From Bacilli bacterium (GTDB lineage: Bacteria; Bacillota_I; Bacilli_A; RF39; UBA660), in the NCBI GenBank assembly GCA_016283075.1, contig JAEEMF010000040.1, positions 470 through 64,469 of the forward strand: a stretch of 64,000 bases of DNA, in the 5' to 3' direction. A program made the position numbers and the translations under genes. This document shows positions 57,827-64,000 of this stretch, piece after piece. The stretch's first letter is position 1; each line of letters opens with the position of its first letter. Under the pieces are notes generated by a model. The model saw nothing but the letters and a program-made list of their open reading frames with translations, was not told where the DNA came from and ran no database searches.

Positions 57827-58410
57827 GTTTTGCCTCTATATGTAATCTCATTTGTATTTGGATTATATAATAAAGAATGACTTCCTTGTAATCTAGCATG
57901 TACTTGATAAATGAGTGTTGAATTAACTTCAAATGTATATTTTTTAGCAAGTGCATCTCTTACATAAGTTAACCATTTTTCACTTGCTACTTTTCTACTT
58001 TCTGGAGTAGCCATATAGTGAATTGTCTGTTTATTCATTACTTTATTTTCTCTTACAAGTTTATTTTCTTCTTCATCAAGTATTTCTTCATTACATTTAA
58101 TAAAACCATATGCATTTGCGGCAGCAAATAGCATATCTACTGTATCAAAGTCATCTTGACTTTCTATTTTAAGCCATGGATTACCTTTAAATGATACTAT
58201 TTCTGGAAGAGTAACTCTTTCACCTTCATTTAATTTATGAAGTTCTGATTCCATTAAAGGTTCAATAACTTTTTCAATTCCAGCATATAATTTAGTTTTA
58301 TCAAATTTATATATATTTTGATGTAAGATACTATATCCATTTACTGTTTGATGTCCTTTTTTAACATCAAGCATATCTAATAAATTGTTTTTTAATACCT
58401 TTTTATCCAT
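57811..58410 (-). CDS. hypothetical protein (199 aa)
   Basis: Clean ORF with a GGGGCG-type RBS region, convergent with the array. No signal peptide or recognisable motif. Confidence 0.5.
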   Translation of the reverse strand: MDKKVLKNNLLDMLDVKKGHQTVNGYSILHQNIYKFDKTKLYAGIEKVIEPLMESELHKLNEGERVTLPEIVSFKGNPWLKIESQDDFDTVDMLFAAANAYGFIKCNEEILDEEENKLVRENKVMNKQTIHYMATPESRKVASEKWLTYVRDALAKKYTFEVNSTLIYQVHARLQGSHSLLYNPNTNEITYRGKTKWFK

Positions 58411-58495
58411 AATATCGCCCCTTTTTTGAAGTTGGGTAATATTATATTATATTTATTATATTTGTCAAATTTGCTATAATAAACATGGTGATTTT

Positions 58496-59212
58496 ATGAG
58501 TTATATATTATTTCATATTCCGCACTCATCACTTAGAGTTCCTAGTAGGTATTATAAGTATAGTTTAGTCTGTAGAAGCTATATTGATGAGACTAAAAGA
58601 GTGCTTGCAGATTTAGATGTAGATAAACTAATACCTAGTAAATGTAATAAGTTAATCTTTAAATATTCTAGAATCTTTTGTGATGTGGAAAAGTTTAAAG
58701 ATGATTCTAAAGAAATAATGAGTAAAAAAGGAATGGGAGTAATATATACTAAGGATTTAGATAGAGATATCTTTAATCCTAGTAAGAAATATAAAAGTAA
58801 CATAATAAAATCATATTATGATAAATATCATGATAAACTTAATAAAGTAGTATCTACTACTTTAAAAAAATATAATAAGTGTTTAATAATAGATTTACAT
58901 AGTTTTAGTGATATTGCTATGGAAAAGTTATTTGGGTATAAGGATACTCCTGATATATGTATAGGAGTAGATCCTAAATATACTAGTAAAGAACTTGCTG
59001 ATATGGTTACAAACTTCTTTATAGATAAAGGTTACTCAGTTAAAATAAATTATCCTTATAGTGGTACTATTATTCCTAATAAGTACTTTTATAAAGAAGA
59101 AAAAAGACTTGAATCTATTATGATTGAAATAAATAAGAGATTATATCTAGAAAATAATTATGAAATAAAGAAAGATATTGATATTTTATATAAAAAATTA
59201 TTAAAAAAATGA
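58496..59212 (+). CDS. N-formylglutamate amidohydrolase-family (FGase-like) protein
   Basis: The FHIPHSSLRVP opening and IIDLHSF match the metal-ligand pattern (HxxH/..D..H) of the FGase family. About 240 aa. Confidence 0.4.
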   Translation: MSYILFHIPHSSLRVPSRYYKYSLVCRSYIDETKRVLADLDVDKLIPSKCNKLIFKYSRIFCDVEKFKDDSKEIMSKKGMGVIYTKDLDRDIFNPSKKYKSNIIKSYYDKYHDKLNKVVSTTLKKYNKCLIIDLHSFSDIAMEKLFGYKDTPDICIGVDPKYTSKELADMVTNFFIDKGYSVKINYPYSGTIIPNKYFYKEEKRLESIMIEINKRLYLENNYEIKKDIDILYKKLLKK

Positions 59213-59244
59213 TATAATTTATAGAAAGAAAAGGACGTGATTAT

Positions 59245-60639
59245 ATGAAAATATATAATACATTAACTAGAAATATAGATGAATTTAAATCAAACAGTGA
59301 AGGTATTGTAAAAATGTATACATGTGGTCCTACTGTATATCATTATGCACATATAGGTAACTTAAGAAGTTATGTTATGGAAGATGTACTTGAAAAGAGT
59401 TTAATGTACTTAGGATATAAAGTAGATAGAGTAATGAATATTACTGATGTAGGGCATTTAACTAGTGATGCTGATGCTGGTGAAGATAAAATGGTTAAAG
59501 GAGCTAAAAGAGAAGGTAAAACTGTTTTAGAAATAGCTAAGTATTATACTGATTGTTTCTTTGAAGATTTTAAAAAGTTAAATATTAAGAAACCAGAAAC
59601 AGTAGTACCAGCAACTTCTTTAATACCAGAATATATACATATGATAACTGTACTTCTTGAAAAAGGGTATGCTTATATAGCAGGTGGAAATGTATATTTT
59701 GATACATCTAAACTTGATGAATATTATAAACTTACTAATCATACAGTAGATGATTTAAAAGAAGCAGTAAGAGAAGATGTAGAAGTAGATGAAAATAAAA
59801 AGAATAAGAATGACTTTGTTCTTTGGTTTACTAAATCTAAATTTGAGGAGCAACAACTTAAATGGGATTCTCCTTGGGGAGTAGGATATCCTGGATGGCA
59901 TATTGAATGCTCTAATATAGCACTTAAATATCTAGGAGAATACCTTGATATTCACTGTGGTGGTGTAGATAATATATTCCCTCATCATACTAATGAAATA
60001 GCTCAAACTGAGTCTTATACTGGTCACAAATGGTGTAATTATTGGTTCCATGTAGAACACTTAAATAATAAAACTGGAAAGATGAGTAAGAGTACTGGTG
60101 AATTCTTAACACTTAGTGTACTTGAAAATAAAGGATATAATCCTTTAGCATACCGTTTATTCTTACTTGGTAGTCATTATCGTAAGGTATTACTATTTAG
60201 TTATGAAGATATGGATTCAGCAGAAAACACATATAATAAACTTAAAAATAAAGTATTAAATCTTAAAAAAGATGGAGAAGTATCTAATACTTCTAAATAT
60301 CAAGAAGAATTTAAAAAAGCTATTGATAATGATTTAAATACTGCATCTATGCTTACAGTACTTTATGATGTATTAAAAGCTGATGATTTAAATGATGCTT
60401 CTAAATTATATTTAGTAGAAGATTTTGATAAAGTATTATCTTTAGATTTAACTAAAGAAGATAAAAAAGAAATTGATTCTGACTTAGAAAAATATATTTT
60501 AGAAAAAATAGAAGAAAGAAAAAATGCAAAAGCTAATAAAGATTTTGCACTTGCTGATTCTATTAGAGAAGAATTACTTTCTAAAGGTATTATTTTAAAA
60601 GATTCTAGAGAAGGTACTACTTACGAAATAGGAAAATAG
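59245..60639 (+). CDS. cysS: cysteine--tRNA ligase
   Basis: HIGH-type motif HYAHIGNLRSY, KMSKS, and CGPTVY. Confidence 0.95.
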   Translation: MKIYNTLTRNIDEFKSNSEGIVKMYTCGPTVYHYAHIGNLRSYVMEDVLEKSLMYLGYKVDRVMNITDVGHLTSDADAGEDKMVKGAKREGKTVLEIAKYYTDCFFEDFKKLNIKKPETVVPATSLIPEYIHMITVLLEKGYAYIAGGNVYFDTSKLDEYYKLTNHTVDDLKEAVREDVEVDENKKNKNDFVLWFTKSKFEEQQLKWDSPWGVGYPGWHIECSNIALKYLGEYLDIHCGGVDNIFPHHTNEIAQTESYTGHKWCNYWFHVEHLNNKTGKMSKSTGEFLTLSVLENKGYNPLAYRLFLLGSHYRKVLLFSYEDMDSAENTYNKLKNKVLNLKKDGEVSNTSKYQEEFKKAIDNDLNTASMLTVLYDVLKADDLNDASKLYLVEDFDKVLSLDLTKEDKKEIDSDLEKYILEKIEERKNAKANKDFALADSIREELLSKGIILKDSREGTTYEIGK

Positions 60640-60640
60640 T

Positions 60641-61510
60641 ATGGACGGAATAATTATTATTGATAAAGAAAAAGGTTTTACTAGTAGAGATATTGTTAAT
60701 AAAGTTGGAAAAGTACTTGGTACTAAGAAAGTAGGACATACTGGTACTCTTGATCCACTTGCAACAGGAGTACTTGTAGTATGCGTAGGTAAAGCTACTA
60801 AATTAGTTGAACTTATTACTAGTTATGATAAAGAGTATATTGCTACCTTTAAGTTTGGAGTACTTACTGATGCTTTAGATATAGAAGGTACTACTATTAA
60901 AGATGAAAAAGTTTCTATTTCTAAAGAAGATATTATAAATGCATGTAATAGTTTAGTAGGAACTTATGATCAAGAAGTACCTATATATTCCGCAGTTAAA
61001 GTTAATGGTATGAAACTATACGAATATGCGCGTAAAGGACTTGATGTAGAACTACCTAAACATAAGGTAACTATTAGTTCTTTAGAACTTATGGATTACT
61101 ATAAAGAAGATGGATATACATATGCTAAAATTAAATGTAATGTTTCTAAAGGAACATATATTAGAAGTTTAGGATATGATATAGCAAAGAAACTTGGTAC
61201 TTATGCTATAATGACTGACTTAAGAAGAACTAGGCAGGGTAAGTATAGTATAGAAGATGCTCTTAAAATAGATAGTCTTACTAAAGATACTAAGTTAATA
61301 AGTATTAGTGAATCATTAAATGATTATTATCACTTTGAAGTAGATGATAATTTAAAAAGTGATATATCTAATGGAAAACTACTTGAAAACAGATATAATA
61401 ATGATAAAATTTTATTTACTTATAAGGGAGATGCTCTTGCTTTATATGAAGTATATGATAAAGATAATAAGTATTTAAAACCATATAAAATGTTTATTAA
61501 TAAAGTGTAA
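60641..61510 (+). CDS. truB: tRNA pseudouridine(55) synthase
   Basis: GHTGTLDPLATGVLVV catalytic Asp motif. 289 aa. Confidence 0.9.
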   Translation: MDGIIIIDKEKGFTSRDIVNKVGKVLGTKKVGHTGTLDPLATGVLVVCVGKATKLVELITSYDKEYIATFKFGVLTDALDIEGTTIKDEKVSISKEDIINACNSLVGTYDQEVPIYSAVKVNGMKLYEYARKGLDVELPKHKVTISSLELMDYYKEDGYTYAKIKCNVSKGTYIRSLGYDIAKKLGTYAIMTDLRRTRQGKYSIEDALKIDSLTKDTKLISISESLNDYYHFEVDDNLKSDISNGKLLENRYNNDKILFTYKGDALALYEVYDKDNKYLKPYKMFINKV

Positions 61511-61607
61511 AGTTACAGTTATTTTGTAACTTTCTTTTATTTTCTTTAAAGTTGACATTTTTTATGATATAATTTATATATCGTAAAGTAGAGTAGAAGG
61601 TGTGTCT

Positions 61608-63596
61608 ATGAAAGATAAGCCAATATATTTATGGCCATTTATTGGTGTCTATAGATTAGTGATGCTTATATTTAAAATCCCTGTAATGCTGGTATATTAC
61701 TTCTTTATGGGAGTATTAACTACTGTTGCATTTATTTCCTTTGCATGGTGGAAATTCCTTAAGTACTTAGCATTTGGATTTTCATTTCCATTTGTTGTGG
61801 CAGGAAGATCTATTAAGGGTGATAATAAACCAAGTAGTAAAAAGACCGCTACTGTTGTAGTAAAACCTTCTAAGAAAAAGAAATCTAACTTTATTGAAGC
61901 AGATATTGCTGAATTATCTAAGACTAATCCACGTCTTGCTAAGAAATTAGCTAAGAAGAAAGCTAAGGAACAAGCAAGAAAAGAAAGATTAGAAGCTAAG
62001 AGAAAGATAAAGAAAGCTAAAGAAGAAGCTAAACTTAGAAAAGCAAATAAGAATTTAGATAAATTAAACGAAGCTGCTGAAGCTAGACGTAAACGTAATG
62101 CTCTTATTCAAGAACAAAATATGGATTTAATGAATAAGAACAGACAAGAGATTGTTTCAAATATGAAAGAATCTGATAAGAAATCTCATGGTAAAGTTGT
62201 TCGTAGAAAGAAAAGTATTGGTGAAGCTATTAACGACTTCCTTGAAGGACTTATCACTAAGACTGCTAGATCTAAAGATAGTGGTATTGCTAAACATAAG
62301 ATTAATAAACAAGAATTACAACGTGAAGCTATACTTCTTGACTTAACAGGAAAAGATGCTGTTAAGAGTGAAAAGAAACAAGTTTATGAATATGTTGCTA
62401 AGAATCCAGATGGAGATGTAGTAACAGGATACTTTGATGCATTCAGTAAAGTTGAAGTACACTCATTCCTTCTTAGTGAAGGTTATGAAGTTTATAGTAT
62501 AAAGACTAATGGATGGATTAGATTTATCCATGGTTCACAAGAAGTTAAAGGTGTTAAGTTTAAGATGAAGGATTTACTATTCTTCTTAACACAATTATCA
62601 ACTTATATTAAAGCTGGTATTCCTCTTGTAGAATCACTTAGAATTTTAAGTAAACAATTTGCTCAAAAAGGATATCAAAAGATATTTAGAGCAATGATAT
62701 ATGACTTAACAATGGGAGATAACTTCTCAACTGCTATGGAAAAGCAGGGTAATGCTTTCCCAAAAATCTTATCAAATATGATTAAGACTTCAGAAATGAC
62801 AGGTGAACTTCCAGAAATACTTGATGACATGCAAAAATACTTTGATGAAACAGATAAGACAAGAAAACAAATGATTACAGCTCTTACTTATCCTACAATC
62901 GTATTTGTACTTGCAATTGCTGCATCTGCATTCATCATGATTTATATCGTACCTAAATTTGTTACAATTTATGCAGGTATGGATAATGCACAGCTTCCAG
63001 CTATTACACAAATCATACTAGCAATATCAGATTTCTTAGTTAAGAAGTGGCCACTTCTACTTGGTGTAATTGCTGGTGTAATTATTATATTTATTTACTT
63101 ATATAAAAATGTTAAAGTTATTAGATACTTTATGCAATATACAATGATGCATGTTCCAGTAATTGGTAGTGTTATCATTTATAACGAAGTAACTATGTTT
63201 ACTAAAACATTTGCTTCTCTACTTAAACATAACGTATTTATTACAGATACAATGGATATTTTAAATAAGATTTCAAATAATGAAGTTTGGAAGGTATTAA
63301 TACTTGATTGTATTGCAAACCTTTCTAAAGGTGAAAAAATATCTCTAGCATTTAAAGGACAATGGGCTGTTCCTATTCCAGCGTACGAAATGATCGTAAC
63401 TGGTGAAAGAACAGGACAACTTCCAGAAATGATGCAAAAAGTATCTGAATATTACCAAGAACTTCATAGAAATGCCGTTGGTCGTATAAAATCATTTATT
63501 GAACCATTCTTAATACTATTCCTAGTTGGTGTAGTAGGTGTAATTGTTCTTTCAATTATTATTCCAATGTTTGATATGTACAACCAATTAACATAG
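61608..63596 (+). CDS. type II secretion / type IV pilus platform protein (GspF/PilC/ComGB family) with a ~250-aa N-terminal extension
   Basis: The C-terminal ~410 aa contain the two T2SS-F repeats (LTQLSTYIKAGIPLVESL..., TKTFASLLKHNVFITDTM...) and 3 TM segments. The N-terminal part adds a TM hairpin and a Lys/Glu/Ala-rich coiled segment. ATG at 61608 follows a GAAGGTG RBS. Confidence 0.75.
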   Translation: MKDKPIYLWPFIGVYRLVMLIFKIPVMLVYYFFMGVLTTVAFISFAWWKFLKYLAFGFSFPFVVAGRSIKGDNKPSSKKTATVVVKPSKKKKSNFIEADIAELSKTNPRLAKKLAKKKAKEQARKERLEAKRKIKKAKEEAKLRKANKNLDKLNEAAEARRKRNALIQEQNMDLMNKNRQEIVSNMKESDKKSHGKVVRRKKSIGEAINDFLEGLITKTARSKDSGIAKHKINKQELQREAILLDLTGKDAVKSEKKQVYEYVAKNPDGDVVTGYFDAFSKVEVHSFLLSEGYEVYSIKTNGWIRFIHGSQEVKGVKFKMKDLLFFLTQLSTYIKAGIPLVESLRILSKQFAQKGYQKIFRAMIYDLTMGDNFSTAMEKQGNAFPKILSNMIKTSEMTGELPEILDDMQKYFDETDKTRKQMITALTYPTIVFVLAIAASAFIMIYIVPKFVTIYAGMDNAQLPAITQIILAISDFLVKKWPLLLGVIAGVIIIFIYLYKNVKVIRYFMQYTMMHVPVIGSVIIYNEVTMFTKTFASLLKHNVFITDTMDILNKISNNEVWKVLILDCIANLSKGEKISLAFKGQWAVPIPAYEMIVTGERTGQLPEMMQKVSEYYQELHRNAVGRIKSFIEPFLILFLVGVVGVIVLSIIIPMFDMYNQLT

Positions 63597-63609
63597 AGGA
63601 GGCGATTTA

Positions 63610-64000
63610 ATGAATCTAAATCCACTATACATGATACTAATATTTGTATATGGAACCATATTTGGTTCCTTTTACAATGTAGTAGGAGATAGATTACCAA
63701 ATAAAAAATCAATTATAAAACCTAGATCTCACTGCCCAGTATGTGGTCATATATTAACTCCACTTGAGTTAATACCAGTACTATCATATGTATTTCAGCT
63801 AGGTAAATGTAAAAACTGTAAGGCTAAGATACCTATATTTCATCCATTATATGAATTATTCGTAGGATTATTATTCTTACTTTGTTACGTTGCATTTGGT
63901 TTTTCTTGGGACTTACTAATTGCTCTTACATTTATATCTATGCTTTCAATACAGCTTGTAAGTGATTTAAATTACTTCATTATTTTAGATGAAATAATAG
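63610..64000 (+). CDS. prepilin peptidase (A24 family; PilD/ComC), 5' part, runs off the window
   Basis: GSFYNVVGDRLP, zinc-knuckle HCPVCGH...GKCKNCKAKI, then TM helices. Confidence 0.85.
   Translation, partial: MNLNPLYMILIFVYGTIFGSFYNVVGDRLPNKKSIIKPRSHCPVCGHILTPLELIPVLSYVFQLGKCKNCKAKIPIFHPLYELFVGLLFLLCYVAFGFSWDLLIALTFISMLSIQLVSDLNYFIILDEII

Noticed and set aside
57643-57956. Small ORFs 57643-57870 (+) and 57771-57956 (-)
   Set aside because: They overlap the end of paralog 6, the bidirectional terminator and the 199-aa ORF in other frames. They have no RBS, and their sequence is hydrophobic low-complexity.

Overview
This is a 64 kb, very AT-rich chromosomal segment. It uses the standard genetic code and is almost entirely co-oriented on the + strand. 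Gene content and order look like a low-GC Bacillota or Mycoplasmatota-type lineage (Erysipelotrichia- or Acholeplasma-like), but that is inference only. Much of it is a housekeeping backbone whose order tracks Bacillus subtilis: ftsK; parE-parC; lexA / small SOS gene / tkt / yneF; tgt; rnj; miaB; comN-like-secDF; rel-dtd-[T-box]-hisS-[small RNA]-tcdA; smc; two tRNAs; cysS-truB.

Several things do not belong to that backbone.
1. Two translationally coupled ClpX-family AAA+ ATPase paralogs have novel N-terminal domains of about 300 aa. They sit exactly between a T-box leader and hisS, and the cassette is bracketed by a duplicated copy of the leader 3' end.
2. An array of six tandem, mosaic genes encodes proteins with a signal peptide and a phage-tail-collar domain (53.5-57.8 kb). 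There are no other phage genes nearby.
3. Type IV pilin / pseudopilin genes are dispersed over three loci. They include pilins fused to BspA-type LRR modules, an adjacent thiol-redox module, and a PilC-like platform protein with a 250-aa N-terminal extension.
4. A textbook LexA-box promoter drives a 45-aa membrane peptide at the yneA/sosA position.
5. A hairpin RNA of about 177 nt, with its own promoter and terminator, sits at the position of B. subtilis 6S-1 RNA.
6. The RNase J homolog has a degenerate metal-binding site.

I saw no CRISPR array, integrase, transposase or rRNA. All protein calls rest on motifs read by eye from the supplied translations. No database search was run.
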